A stretch of DNA of 64,000 nucleotides from Actinomycetota bacterium (GTDB lineage: Bacteria > Actinomycetota > AC-67). Shown piece after piece: positions 41,273 to 53,539 of this stretch. Numbering within the stretch: position 1 is the first letter of the stretch; every line of letters begins with the position of its first letter. The position numbers were made by a program, and so were the translations under genes. The DNA lies in the NCBI GenBank assembly GCA_044866075.1, contig JBIOTQ010000115.1, forward strand, positions 10,607 through 74,606, written 5' to 3'. The notes under the pieces were generated by a model, which ran no database searches, had not been told where the DNA came from, and was given only the letters and a program-made list of their open reading frames with translations.

Positions 41273-42733
41273 CTATGTCTCGCGGGCCAGGGCGGCCTGC
41301 AGGGATGCGCGGACGGCGTCGTTGTTCCCCTGGCCTTTGAGCGCGCGCTGGACCTGACCGATCAGGAATCCGAAGACCTTCTCCTCGCCCGCGCGGAACC
41401 GCTCGACCTCCTTGGGGTGCGCCGCGAGGACCTCGGCCACGGTCGCGTCGATCTGCGACGTGTCCGAGACCTGCGCGAGGCCGCGCTCTTCGACGATCGC
41501 CGCCGGATCGGCTCCGGTGTCGAACGCATCCTGGAACACCTTCTTCGCCGTGTTGAGGTTGATCGTGCCGTTCCGGACGAGGGCGATCAGCCCGGCGAGC
41601 GCCGGCGCCGGCACACGAACGTCCTCGATCCCGATGCCGGCAACGTTGAGCGCCCGCGCCAGCTCCCCGGACATCCACACGGCGGCGTCGCGCGGAGCCA
41701 CGTCCTGAGCGAGCAGGTCCTCGAAGTACGCGAGGCTCGCAGTCGACGCGCCGACGATGGCCGCCTGCTCGGCGGTGAGACCGTGCTCGCTCTCGAGGCG
41801 CGCGCGCCGCGCCGCCGGAAGCTCCGGGAGTTGTCCCCGCAGACCATCGATCCACGCGGCCTCGGGCTCTATCGGGACGAGGTCCGGCTCCGGGAAGTAC
41901 CGGTAGTCGAACGCCTCCTCCTTCGAGCGGAGCGTTTTCGTCACGCCGGCGGCTTCGTCGAAGTGCCGCGTCTCTTGCACCAGCCGATCGCCTTTGTCCA
42001 GAGCCGTACTCTGTCGCTCGATCTCGTAGGTCAGCGCGCGGCCCACCGACCGGATCGAGTTGAGGTTCTTGATCTCGACCTTCGTCCCGAACCCTTCGCC
42101 CGGCTTCCGCAGCGACACGTTCGCGTCGCACCGCATCGAGCCTTCCTCCATGCGGACGTCCGACACGCCGAGCGCCTCCAGGATCGACCGCAACTCGCCC
42201 ACGTACCTCTGCGCTTGCGCCGGGGAGCGGATGTCGGGTTCCGAGACGATCTCGACGAGCGGGATACCGGCGCGGTTGTAGTCGACGAGCGAATACTTCG
42301 CTTCGTGGATCCGGCCTGTGGTCCCGACGTGCAACGTCTTCCCGGTGTCCTCCTCGAGATGCACGCGCGTGATGCCGACGCGGCGCGTGTCGCCGTCGAC
42401 GGCGACGTCGAGGTACCCGGCGATACACAGCGGAAGGTCGTATTGGGAGATCTGATAGTTCTTCGGCATGTCGGGATAGAAGTAGTTCTTGCGGTGGAAG
42501 AGCGACCGCGGGGCAATCTCGCAGCCGAGCGCGAGTCCGATCAGCATCGTGTACTCGACCGCTTTGCGGTTGGCGACCGGCAGAGATCCCGGCTCCCCGA
42601 GACACACGGGGCACGTGCGGGTATTCGGCTCCCCGCCGAAGGTCGTCGGACATCCGCAGAACATCTTCGACGCCGTCGCGAGCTCGACGTGGCACTCGAG
42701 CCCGATCACCGCTTCGTAGCCGTTGGCGCTCAC
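41273..42733 (-). CDS. gatB: Asp-tRNA(Asn)/Glu-tRNA(Gln) amidotransferase subunit B
   Basis: [52 protein letters not shown]... is canonical GatB. GTG at 42733 overlaps the stop of the upstream small ORF (GTGA); an alternative ATG lies at 42778. Confidence 0.9.
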   Translation of the reverse strand: MSANGYEAVIGLECHVELATASKMFCGCPTTFGGEPNTRTCPVCLGEPGSLPVANRKAVEYTMLIGLALGCEIAPRSLFHRKNYFYPDMPKNYQISQYDLPLCIAGYLDVAVDGDTRRVGITRVHLEEDTGKTLHVGTTGRIHEAKYSLVDYNRAGIPLVEIVSEPDIRSPAQAQRYVGELRSILEALGVSDVRMEEGSMRCDANVSLRKPGEGFGTKVEIKNLNSIRSVGRALTYEIERQSTALDKGDRLVQETRHFDEAAGVTKTLRSKEEAFDYRYFPEPDLVPIEPEAAWIDGLRGQLPELPAARRARLESEHGLTAEQAAIVGASTASLAYFEDLLAQDVAPRDAAVWMSGELARALNVAGIGIEDVRVPAPALAGLIALVRNGTINLNTAKKVFQDAFDTGADPAAIVEERGLAQVSDTSQIDATVAEVLAAHPKEVERFRAGEEKVFGFLIGQVQRALKGQGNNDAVRASLQAALARET

Positions 42734-43098
42734 GAGCTCCTCCGCGACAGGCCGTAGTACTCGCGCAGCTGCGGCCATGTCTGGCTGGAGATCACGGCGA
42801 TCGCGACGGTGACCGCCGTGCCGACCGGCAGCAGCAGCAGGAAGACGGTGCAGGCCACGAGGCCGAACCCGAGGCCCGCCGGGCCGCGGATCCCGGCGAG
42901 CAGCGCGCACGCGCCGCCGGCGACCATCAGCGTGCCGATCCCGGCCGGCACGGCCCACGCCGGCTCGTCGAACCCGTGCGATCCGCCGATCGCGAAGGAC
43001 GTGATCGCCACGAACGCGCCGAGGATCGTTCCGATCCAACCGGAGAAGCGCAGCACGCGCACCGCGGCCGGGCGGACGTCGGCGGCCGCGGTCGTCAC
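42730..43098 (-). CDS. small integral membrane protein inserted between gatA and gatB (hypothetical)
   Basis: About 122 aa, 3 to 4 TM helices. GTG start overlaps the gatA stop (GTGA) and its stop overlaps the gatB GTG (GTGA). Confidence 0.5.
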   Translation of the reverse strand: MTTAAADVRPAAVRVLRFSGWIGTILGAFVAITSFAIGGSHGFDEPAWAVPAGIGTLMVAGGACALLAGIRGPAGLGFGLVACTVFLLLLPVGTAVTVAIAVISSQTWPQLREYYGLSRRSS

Positions 43099-44567
43099 CG
43101 CGCCTCCCACAGGGGCGGCGTCGGTGCCGGCCCGAGCGTCTGCTCCAACGCGTGCGCGGCGCGGAAGAGAAGCTCCTCGGACAGCGGCGGGCCGAGGACC
43201 TGGATCCCGACCGGAAGGCCGTCGTCGGACAAACCGCAGGGCAGGCTCACGCCGGCCGCGCCCGCGAGGTTGGACGGGATCGTGAACAGATCAGAGAGAT
43301 ACATCGCGAGCGGGTCGTCGGTCTTCTCGCCGATCTTGAACGCGGTCGTCGGGCTCGTCGGACAGATGAGGAAGTCGAACGTCTTGTACGCCTCGTCGAA
43401 GTCGCGGATGACGATCGTCCGCACCATCTGGGCCTTGCCGTAGTAGGCGTCGTAGTAGCCGGCCGACAGCGCGTACGTGCCGAGCATGATGCGGCGCTTG
43501 ACCTCGTCGCCGAAGCCGTGCGCGCGGCTGCGCATGTTCATGTCGACTACGTCGCGCGGATCGTCGGCGCGGTAGCCGTAGCGGACGCCGTCGTAGCGTG
43601 CGAGGTTCGACGAGCACTCCGCGGGGGCGATCAGGTAGTACGCGGACAGCGCCACGTCGAACGACGGCAGAGAGACCTCGTCGACGTCGCAGCCGAGCGA
43701 GGCGAAGTGTTCGGCGGCCTCCTGGACGCGCGCCTTCACGCCGGGCTGCGTCCCCTCCCCCATCCCCTCGCGCACGACGCCGACCTTGAGGCCCTCGACG
43801 CCGCGGTCGAGCGCGCCGACGTAGTCGGGAACCGGTTCCGTCGCGCTGGTCGAATCCATCGGATCGTGCCCGGCGATCGTCTGCAGGACGGAGGCGGCGT
43901 CGCGCACCGTCCGCGCGAACGGTCCGATCTGGTCGAGCGACGAGGCGAAAGCGATGAGTCCGTACCGCGAGACGCGACCGTACGTCGGCTTCACGCCGAC
44001 GACGCCGCAGAGAGAGGCCGGCTGGCGGATCGAGCCGCCCGTGTCGGTACCCAGCGACACGGGCGCCATCCCCGCGGCGACGGACGCGGCGCTGCCGCCG
44101 GATGATCCACCGGGCACACGCGCGAGATCCCACGGGTTGCGCGTGGGGCCGAACGCGGAGTTCTCTGTCGAGGAGCCCATCGCGAACTCGTCCTGGTTCG
44201 TCTTGCCGAGGATCGGCATGCCGGCCGCGCGCAGTATCGACACGACGGTCGCGTCGTAGGGCGGGACGTAGTTCTCGAGGATCCGGCTTCCTGCGGTCGT
44301 GCGCACGCCGTCGGTGCAGAGCACGTCCTTGAGCGCGATCGGAACGCCGGCGAGTGGGCTCAGCGCCTTGCCGCGCGCGCGCGCTTCATCGACTGCATCC
44401 GCCTGCCCTCGCGCCTGGTCCGCGGTCACACTGAGGAACGCGTGGACCTCGGGGTCGAGCGCGTCGATGCGCGCGAGGTGCGCGTCGACGACATCGCGCG
44501 CGCTCGCCTCGCCGCTCGCGACGGCGCGCGCGATAGATGACGCGTCGAGTTGCCAGAGGTCGGCCAC
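43095..44567 (-). CDS. gatA: Glu-tRNA(Gln) amidotransferase subunit A
   Basis: Amidase-signature [33 protein letters not shown] with GatA-typical ends. Confidence 0.95.
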   Translation of the reverse strand: MADLWQLDASSIARAVASGEASARDVVDAHLARIDALDPEVHAFLSVTADQARGQADAVDEARARGKALSPLAGVPIALKDVLCTDGVRTTAGSRILENYVPPYDATVVSILRAAGMPILGKTNQDEFAMGSSTENSAFGPTRNPWDLARVPGGSSGGSAASVAAGMAPVSLGTDTGGSIRQPASLCGVVGVKPTYGRVSRYGLIAFASSLDQIGPFARTVRDAASVLQTIAGHDPMDSTSATEPVPDYVGALDRGVEGLKVGVVREGMGEGTQPGVKARVQEAAEHFASLGCDVDEVSLPSFDVALSAYYLIAPAECSSNLARYDGVRYGYRADDPRDVVDMNMRSRAHGFGDEVKRRIMLGTYALSAGYYDAYYGKAQMVRTIVIRDFDEAYKTFDFLICPTSPTTAFKIGEKTDDPLAMYLSDLFTIPSNLAGAAGVSLPCGLSDDGLPVGIQVLGPPLSEELLFRAAHALEQTLGPAPTPPLWEAR

Positions 44568-44570
44568 TTG

Positions 44571-44864
44571 TTACTGCTCCTCGATGATCCGTGGGACCTT
44601 GAAGCGGCCGTCCTCGACCTCGGGCGCGGTGGAGAGCGCCTTGCCTTGCGGGAGGCACTCGCTGATCTCGTCGTCGCGGAACACGTTCACGAGCGGGAGC
44701 GCGTGGGAGGTCGGCGGGACGTCGTCCGCCGCGACCTCGCTGACCCGTGCGGCGTGATCGAGGATCGCCGAGAGCTGCGCGCCGAACCGCGTCACCTCGT
44801 CGTCGGACAGAGCGAGGCGCGCGAGCCGCGCGACGTGGAGGACCTCTTCCCGGGAGAGCTGCAT
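44571..44864 (-). CDS. gatC: Glu-tRNA(Gln) amidotransferase subunit C
   Basis: 97 aa, MQLSREEVLHVARLARLALSDDEV..., immediately upstream of gatA. Confidence 0.9.
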   Translation of the reverse strand: MQLSREEVLHVARLARLALSDDEVTRFGAQLSAILDHAARVSEVAADDVPPTSHALPLVNVFRDDEISECLPQGKALSTAPEVEDGRFKVPRIIEEQ

Positions 44865-44873
44865 GGCGGCAGT

Positions 44874-47086
<2,213 letters not shown>

Positions 47087-47151
47087 GAGGACCTCCGCGT
47101 CGGCTACCGCGTCATTATAGGTCGGGGCGAGGGCCGTTTCGGGCGCCGCGG

Positions 47152-48222
47152 TTACGCGAGCGAACGCGCGATCGTACCGCCGCCGAGGACCTCGTCGCCT
47201 GCGTAGAAGGCGACCAGTTGTCCGGGTGCGACGCCCCGCTGAGGGACGGCGAAGCGGACGGTCGCGGTGCCGTCTTCCACGCCCTCGAGGGTCGCCGCGA
47301 TCTGGGTTCCGTGCGCGCGGATCTGTGCCTGCGTGAAGGTTCCGGGCGAGGGCCGATCCGCGATCCAGGAGACGCGCTCCGCGACGAGGCCTCCGCGCGC
47401 GAGCAGCTCGCCGGGCCCGACGACGACGCGGTTGCGCGGCGCGTCGACCTCGAGCACGTACCGCTTCTCGTGCGTGGCCAGCCCGAGGCCGCGGCGCTGG
47501 CCGATGGTGTAGTGCGGCAGGCCCTGGTGCTCGCCGACAACGGCACCGCCGACGTCGACGATCTCGCCGGGCGCGGTACCGCCGAGCGCGCTCTCGACGA
47601 ACCCGCCGGCGTCGCCGTCGGGCACGAAGCAGATCTCGTACGAGTCGGGCTTGTCCGCGGTCCGCAGAGACAGCTCCCGAGCGATCGCGCGCGTCTGCTC
47701 CTTCGTCTGCCCGCCGACCGGGAACCGCGCGAACGCGAGCGCCTCCTGCCCTAGCGTCGACAGGACGTACGACTGGTCCTTGTTGGGGTCGGCGCTGCGC
47801 GACAGGCGCCAGGCGCCGCGCTCGAAGCGATTGATGGCGTAGTGGCCGGTCGCGACCGCGTCGAAGCCGGCGCGCTGCCCGCGCTCGAGCAGCGCGCCGA
47901 ACTTCACCGTCTCATTGCACCGCACGCAGGGGTTCGGCGTGCGGCCGCTCGCGTACTCGGCGACGAAGTCGTCGAGCACGCCGCGGGAGAACTCCTCGGT
48001 CAGGTCCCACACGTAGAACGGCACGTCGAGGACCTGCGCGACGCGCCGCGCGTCGTCCGCGGCCTCCACCGTGCAGCACCCGTGGACGCGGCCGGCGGAC
48101 TCGTGCGCGGGCGCGTTCGACAGCTTCATGTGCACGCCTGTGACGTCGTGCCCTTCCGCGACGAGCATCGACGCGGCGACGGACGAATCGACGCCGCCCG
48201 ACATCGCGACGAGGACCCTCAT
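47152..48222 (-). CDS. mnmA: tRNA 2-thiouridine(34) synthase
   Basis: MRVLVAMSGGVDSSVAASML... PP-loop and MnmA C-terminal domains. ATG overlaps the desulfurase stop (ATGA). The annotated 626-aa ORF is an upstream-extended artefact. Confidence 0.9.
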   Translation of the reverse strand: MRVLVAMSGGVDSSVAASMLVAEGHDVTGVHMKLSNAPAHESAGRVHGCCTVEAADDARRVAQVLDVPFYVWDLTEEFSRGVLDDFVAEYASGRTPNPCVRCNETVKFGALLERGQRAGFDAVATGHYAINRFERGAWRLSRSADPNKDQSYVLSTLGQEALAFARFPVGGQTKEQTRAIARELSLRTADKPDSYEICFVPDGDAGGFVESALGGTAPGEIVDVGGAVVGEHQGLPHYTIGQRRGLGLATHEKRYVLEVDAPRNRVVVGPGELLARGGLVAERVSWIADRPSPGTFTQAQIRAHGTQIAATLEGVEDGTATVRFAVPQRGVAPGQLVAFYAGDEVLGGGTIARSLA

Positions 48223-49367
48223 CGACCGCGCAGCCTGGCCGCGGACGCGATCACAGCGGCCGCGGCCGCGTCGACCTCGGCCTCCGTCGTGGATGGGCCG
48301 AGCGTGAGGCGCAACGCACCGCGCGCGGCCTCCCGCGGCACACCCATCGCGGCGAGAACGTGCGACGGCTCGGCGGCACCCGAGGAACACGCGGACCCCT
48401 GCGAGGCGGCGATCCCGGCCGCATCGAGCAAGAGGATCAGCGACTCGCCGTCGATCCGTTCGAGACAGAGGTGAAGGTTGTTGGGAAGGCGCCCGGCGCC
48501 GCGCGCGTTGACGCGCACGTCCGGAAGCCCGGCGGTGATGCGCTCCTCGAGCCGGTCGCGAAGAGCTGCGACCCGCGCCCCCTCGCCGGCCCGCGCCGCC
48601 ACCCAGCTCTCGATCGCCGCACCGAAGCCGACGATGCCGGCGACGTTGTAGGTGCCGGAACGGACCTCGCGCTCCTGCCCGCCGCCGTGGATCAAGGGCT
48701 GGACCTTCACGCCGCGCCGCACGACCGCCGCGCCGACGCCCTTGGGTCCGCCGATCTTGTGCGCGGACAGCGACAGCAGGTCGGCCGCACGCGCGTCGAC
48801 GTCGAGCCACGCAACACCCTGCACCGCGTCCGAATGGAACACCGCGCCGGCGGCGCGCGCGATCCGCGCCGCATCGGCGACCGGCTCGACGGTGCCGGTC
48901 TCGTTGTTCGCCCACATAACGCTCACGAGCGCCGTCTTGTCGTCGACCGCGGCCTCGAGGGCATCGAGCCGCACGACCCCGTTCGCGTCGACGCCAACCT
49001 CGCGCACGCGGAAGCCCTGCCGCGCCAGCCATCGGGCGGGGTCGAGCACCGCGTGGTGCTCGATCATCGTCACCACGACGCCGTCGCGTCCCTGCTCCCG
49101 GCCGTGCCAGGCCACGCCCTTGACCGCGAGGTTGTCCGCCTCGGTGCCGCCGGACGTGAAGACGATCTCGTCGGGGCGCGCGTTCACGGCGGCGGCGACG
49201 CGCTCGCGCGCCTCGTCGACGGCCTTGCGCGCCTCGCGGCCGGCCGCGTGGACGCTCGAAGCGTTCCCGAACCGGTCGCCGAGGAACGGCTCCATCGCCG
49301 CTCGCGCCGCATCGGAGAGCGGCGTCGTTGCGGCATGATCCAGATAGACGGACGTCTGCGTTTGCAC
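48219..49367 (-). CDS. iscS: cysteine desulfurase (IscS/NifS family, class V aminotransferase fold)
   Basis: ...LSLSAHKIGGPKGVGAA... PLP-Lys motif and the C-terminal SxHxLxAMG region. Confidence 0.85.
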   Translation of the reverse strand: MQTQTSVYLDHAATTPLSDAARAAMEPFLGDRFGNASSVHAAGREARKAVDEARERVAAAVNARPDEIVFTSGGTEADNLAVKGVAWHGREQGRDGVVVTMIEHHAVLDPARWLARQGFRVREVGVDANGVVRLDALEAAVDDKTALVSVMWANNETGTVEPVADAARIARAAGAVFHSDAVQGVAWLDVDARAADLLSLSAHKIGGPKGVGAAVVRRGVKVQPLIHGGGQEREVRSGTYNVAGIVGFGAAIESWVAARAGEGARVAALRDRLEERITAGLPDVRVNARGAGRLPNNLHLCLERIDGESLILLLDAAGIAASQGSACSSGAAEPSHVLAAMGVPREAARGALRLTLGPSTTEAEVDAAAAAVIASAARLRGR

Positions 49368-49426
49368 GACGGACAGGCTAGCGCGGATGGACCGCGTTCA
49401 CGCGAGATCCGGCTGGACGTGCCCGG

Positions 49427-51619
49427 TCAGGCGATCAGCGGGCCGTTCGGGATCGTGTTCGCTTCGGCGGTCGTGATGGAAAACGCTGCCGCCGTCGAGT
49501 ACCCCATCGCGACGTAGAGGCTGTCGTTGTAGAAGGGGCGTTTGACGCCGTCCGCGTAGATCCATCGGGTCCCGGTCGGGCCCTTCAGGAGAGTTCCTTC
49601 GCGATAGGTCATCGGGGTCCCCACAGGGATCGCGACGTCGACGATGCTCATCGGAACGATCTCCGCGTCGCGATACCGGGACTTCCAGACGGTCACCGTG
49701 GGGTTGCGTCGCCGGAACCCGTTGTCGATCGTCCAGACGCTTCCGTCCGAGGCGCGTACGACGGCTCCTTGTGGGTGCACGGTGCCGTCAGAAATGTCCG
49801 GGCCCGTCGGCAGAGTCGCTAACTCCAGAGCGCTGATCGGGAGAGCCGAGGCGGCGGTGTATTTGAGCGCTTCGTAGACGCCGTCGTCGAACTGCCGAAC
49901 CTTTCCGGCGGAGTAGATCGCGTGCGTCCCGTCGGGCTCGGTCAGGAGCGTCCCTTCGCGAAGCTCGAGCGGGGATCCCGACGGATAACGGTCGACTTCT
50001 TGATCGGTCGTCGCGACGACCTCCGCCGCGCGGTACCAGCTGTTGAGCACCAGCTGCGACGTCACGAGGCGTGCCTTGCCGTCCTCGATCACGACGGTGC
50101 GAGTCGGCGTGCGGAGGATCGTGCCGTTCGGATGCTTGGTGACGAAGTAGGCGAGAAGGCTCGCGGGCCGAGCGACCAAGCTCCTCACGCTGGCCTTGAT
50201 CCTGACGGGCACGGCGCCCGTGTAGTCGGCCAGCGTTCCGACCGCCGTTCGTCCGTTCCACGTCGCGGTGAGGGATGAGCCGTAGCCGGTCAGCTTACGG
50301 AGGACCCCGCTGCCGCCGACCGTGAGGAACTCCACGCTCCAACTGAGACTCCTCGAGAACGTCGCCCGCACCGTCACGGTCTCGTTCTTGGTGTCCCCAT
50401 CGGGCCTGAGCACGGTCGACGAGATGGTCGGCAGGTAGATCTTCGGCAGCCCCATCGCGGCCACCGCTTTACGGATCGACGGAAGCAAGTAATAGGCCTT
50501 GGCGCCGGGGCACGCGGTCTGTTGCCCGTCGCGGTGGCCGGAGATCCGGTTGAAGGTCACCCTCGTCCCCGCCGCGTACTTGGGATTCCCTCCGGAGGTC
50601 ATCGTCACCTTGCCGGTGGGCGGCAGGTGGTGGACGTCGAGCTTCCACGCCAGCAGACGCTTCAAGGCGCTCTGCATCGCCGTCGTGGGTGTGGAGGACG
50701 TGAACGTGCCCATGAGCGAGATGCCGGTGCTTCCGGTGTTGAAGCCCTTCACGTGGGCGCCGATGACCGGCTTCGTCATGCCGCCGTACCGGCCCTCGAA
50801 GATCTGGCCGTAGCGGTCGACCAGGAAGTTGTAGCCGATGTCGCTCCAGCCGCGGTTGCTCGTGTGGAACTTGTAGATGCTGCGCACGAGAGCCGCGGAC
50901 TGGGACCTCGAGTACGAGTTCGTCCCGGCGGTGTGATGGACGAACGCCATCTGCACGGCCGGCGCGTACCGCGGGCAGCACTCGCGCCAGCTCTCGTTCG
51001 CTCCCCACTGCCGGCGCGTGATGATCGACGGCGTCGACGTCATCGCCTCTGCCTCGGTGCCGTGGAAGAACCGCGAGATGGCCGCGATGACCCGCTGGAA
51101 CAGGTTCAGCGGCTGCGAGTCGCCGAGCGAGTTGACGACGTGGGCGCGGAGGTCGAAGACCGCCGGAGCGCCGGGTTTGGCCGTGACGCGGTACGCCATC
51201 GCGTCCGCCGTCCCGACCCAGATCGGTGCGGTGAAGATTCGGTTGGCCGCGCGCTGCGCTTCGCGGGCCGACGTGTCGGGACCCTCGTCGGGCTCGACGG
51301 GCATCTCCTCCCAGGCGCCCCACCCGCTCTGCGTGTGGAAACGCGCCGTGATCGAGATGCCTTCTTCGATGGCGTCGTCGTCACGCGTGGTCGTCCGGAA
51401 GGACATCGCGACGAGGTTCGCTTGGATCGGCAGGCGGCGTGACGAGCGCTCGAGGGACGCGCCCGCTGCGCGCGATGCGGTCACGCGCTGTCCGCGCGCG
51501 AGCTCGAACGATCGATCGAGAGTTGCAGGGAAGCGCGGCTTAGCCGGCGCGGGTAGCGGAACGAGAACGGCCCACAGACTGGCGATGAGGGCGACGATGA
51601 ACAGGCGCCTGCGGATCAT
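49427..51619 (-). CDS. secreted N-acetylmuramoyl-L-alanine amidase (PGRP/Amidase_2 domain) with large C-terminal extension
   Basis: ATG at 51619. MIRRRLFIVALIASLWAVLVPLPAPA signal. PGRP core (ITRRQWGANESW...FVHHTAG...GWSDIGYNFLVDRYGQIFEGR). About 380 aa of additional beta-rich domains at the C-terminus. Confidence 0.75.
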   Translation of the reverse strand: MIRRRLFIVALIASLWAVLVPLPAPAKPRFPATLDRSFELARGQRVTASRAAGASLERSSRRLPIQANLVAMSFRTTTRDDDAIEEGISITARFHTQSGWGAWEEMPVEPDEGPDTSAREAQRAANRIFTAPIWVGTADAMAYRVTAKPGAPAVFDLRAHVVNSLGDSQPLNLFQRVIAAISRFFHGTEAEAMTSTPSIITRRQWGANESWRECCPRYAPAVQMAFVHHTAGTNSYSRSQSAALVRSIYKFHTSNRGWSDIGYNFLVDRYGQIFEGRYGGMTKPVIGAHVKGFNTGSTGISLMGTFTSSTPTTAMQSALKRLLAWKLDVHHLPPTGKVTMTSGGNPKYAAGTRVTFNRISGHRDGQQTACPGAKAYYLLPSIRKAVAAMGLPKIYLPTISSTVLRPDGDTKNETVTVRATFSRSLSWSVEFLTVGGSGVLRKLTGYGSSLTATWNGRTAVGTLADYTGAVPVRIKASVRSLVARPASLLAYFVTKHPNGTILRTPTRTVVIEDGKARLVTSQLVLNSWYRAAEVVATTDQEVDRYPSGSPLELREGTLLTEPDGTHAIYSAGKVRQFDDGVYEALKYTAASALPISALELATLPTGPDISDGTVHPQGAVVRASDGSVWTIDNGFRRRNPTVTVWKSRYRDAEIVPMSIVDVAIPVGTPMTYREGTLLKGPTGTRWIYADGVKRPFYNDSLYVAMGYSTAAAFSITTAEANTIPNGPLIA

Positions 51620-51732
51620 TTTCCCCCCAAGGGTCGACCAAACCGATATCGGAAGAGTAGTCGGCAAGGAAAGATAATGGCTTGAGCGATGCGAGCCTTT
51701 TGTGAGGCTGGCGAGAATTCTGTGAGAAAGTT

Positions 51733-51768
51733 GTGGATCCGCACATGGATCCGCACATGGATCCGCGG
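51733..51768. repeat. tandem repeat, about 2.8 copies of the 12-nt unit GGATCCGCACAT
   Basis: GTGGATCCGCACATGGATCCGCACATGGATCCGCGG, inside an unusually AT-rich spacer between the secreted-protein gene and the amidase gene. Confidence 0.6.
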
Positions 51769-51785
51769 ACGGGTGCTTGCTTCGT

Positions 51786-53399
51786 CTACCCGATCACGAA
51801 GCCGTCGACGGCGATGATCCGGTCGGTCGATCTGCTGTTCCGCGTCGACGCCACCTTGATCGTGATCGTGTGAGTGCCGGCGGGCAGGTTCAGGATCGCG
51901 CGCAGGACCTTGTACGTCGTCGTCGAGCTGTAGTTGTCGAACAGTCCCTTCCGCACGCCGTCGATGTAGACGTACGCCTGCCCCATCGCCGGGCCGCGGA
52001 CCGTGCGCCACGCGATGCTCGTTCCGCTGAAGACGAAGCTCATCTCGGTTCCCGAGAACCGCGCGGCACGATAGGTCCCGCCGTCCGCGCCCGACGCGCT
52101 GATCGCCGCCCACCGGAACGATAGCGAGGGCGTGACGTTCGTCGAGCCGCCCGAGCGGAACGCGTCGATCGCCACCCGGACGTCCTTGGCCGCGCTCGAG
52201 CCCTTGCTTCCGGTCACGCGGATCGTGATGGTGTGCGCGCCAGCGGAGAGCCCTGAGAAGCTGCGGCCGACCTTGTACCGGGTCGACGACGAGTAGTTGT
52301 TCACGGTGCCAAACGATCGCCCGTCGATCGAAACGCTCGCCTTGCCCTGGTACGGGTCGGTGATCGTGTACCAGGCGATCGAGCTGCCGCTGAATCTGTA
52401 GGCGATAGAGGCGCCGGGCATGTTGTTCACGTAGTAGCTGCCTCCGTACGTCGACGAGTTCGAGAGGCTTCGCCATCCGTAGCGGACGCCGGGCGCGATC
52501 TCGTTCACGTTCGTGGCCGCCCGGAACTGGTCCGTCTTGTCGTCGAGCTCGTTGCCGGCGCGGTCCGTGATCGAGCCGGGCCCGTTCGGAAGCAGGACGG
52601 CGTCGTACTCCTGGCCGGCGGTGAGGTCTGAGACCGTGTTGGCCACGATGGTGTTCGTCGCCGAATCGTAGGACACGGTGACCGGGACTTCCGTCAGCGT
52701 GCCGTGGAGGCGCAGTGCCACGGAGCTCTGGCCGACGCCGACGACCGGCTCGCTGATCTTCCACGAGAGGTTCGCGCTCTGGTTGGCCGGCGCAGTGAAC
52801 AGGGCGGTCGGTGCGACCGTATCGGCGATGACCTGGTGCGATGGAACCGCCGTGATGCTCGGATCGAGCAGTCCCGTGTCGAAGGCATCCGCCGGCAGGG
52901 TCATCATGAAGTTGTCGCCGTTGGTAACGGAATCGCCCAGGCGGATCGACAGGAAGAACGTGTAGGCGCCCTCCTCCGCGGCCGGGAGCGGGTACGCGGG
53001 ACTGACCGCGAGCGTGGCGCGCAGGTTCGAATCGAACGAGAAGGTCGTCGGGACGACCGCGTCTGCGCCATCGAGCTTGTCCTGATTGGCACCCACCATT
53101 GAACTGTCGCGCCAAAGCTCGATGCCGTCGGGGTTGGCCTCGAGGTCGTCGACCCCGAACGTGCCGCCACCGGTCACCTGCGCGAAATCGACCCGGACCT
53201 CGCTGAGGTTGGTGGAGAGGCCGCTGCTGATCAGATCGATCCCGAACACGGGAACGTCGACGCCGATCTTCATGTACTGAGGGTTCGCGGTCAGGTCCGC
53301 GCCGCTCGGGCTCACGGCCATGGCCGGAACGGCCCCCGTCCCGATCGCCAGCAAGGCAACGGTCGTCACCGTAAGGACTCGTAGGAAACGCCTCATCAC
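51786..53399 (-). CDS. secreted cell-surface protein with Ig-like N-terminal region and two C-terminal ~105-aa beta-sandwich (CBM/SbsA-like) repeats
   Basis: Signal MMRRFLRVLTVTTVALLAIGTGAVPAMA. Internal repeats ...SIAWYTITDPYQGKASVSIDGRSFGTVNNYSSSTRYKV...GAHTITIRV... and ...SIAWRTVRGPAMGQAYVYIDGVRKGLFDNYSSTTTYKV...GTHTITIKV.... Confidence 0.6.
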   Translation of the reverse strand: MMRRFLRVLTVTTVALLAIGTGAVPAMAVSPSGADLTANPQYMKIGVDVPVFGIDLISSGLSTNLSEVRVDFAQVTGGGTFGVDDLEANPDGIELWRDSSMVGANQDKLDGADAVVPTTFSFDSNLRATLAVSPAYPLPAAEEGAYTFFLSIRLGDSVTNGDNFMMTLPADAFDTGLLDPSITAVPSHQVIADTVAPTALFTAPANQSANLSWKISEPVVGVGQSSVALRLHGTLTEVPVTVSYDSATNTIVANTVSDLTAGQEYDAVLLPNGPGSITDRAGNELDDKTDQFRAATNVNEIAPGVRYGWRSLSNSSTYGGSYYVNNMPGASIAYRFSGSSIAWYTITDPYQGKASVSIDGRSFGTVNNYSSSTRYKVGRSFSGLSAGAHTITIRVTGSKGSSAAKDVRVAIDAFRSGGSTNVTPSLSFRWAAISASGADGGTYRAARFSGTEMSFVFSGTSIAWRTVRGPAMGQAYVYIDGVRKGLFDNYSSTTTYKVLRAILNLPAGTHTITIKVASTRNSRSTDRIIAVDGFVIG

Positions 53400-53539
53400 G
53401 TCGAGCTCCCGGATCGGCTGAACCTCACCCTGTCAACGGGTCAGGACCGGAGCGGTTGCGGCGGACGGCCTCATCGTCCGATCGTACGGCCCCGATCGAA
53501 CCCGGTTCGCCATACTTCGCCCGAAAGATCGTCGATGGA

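Noticed and set aside
47152-49032. 626-aa annotated extent of the mnmA ORF
   Set aside because: The upstream 270 codons are an Arg-rich out-of-gene extension overlapping the cysteine desulfurase. MnmA starts at ATG 48222 (ATGA overlap).
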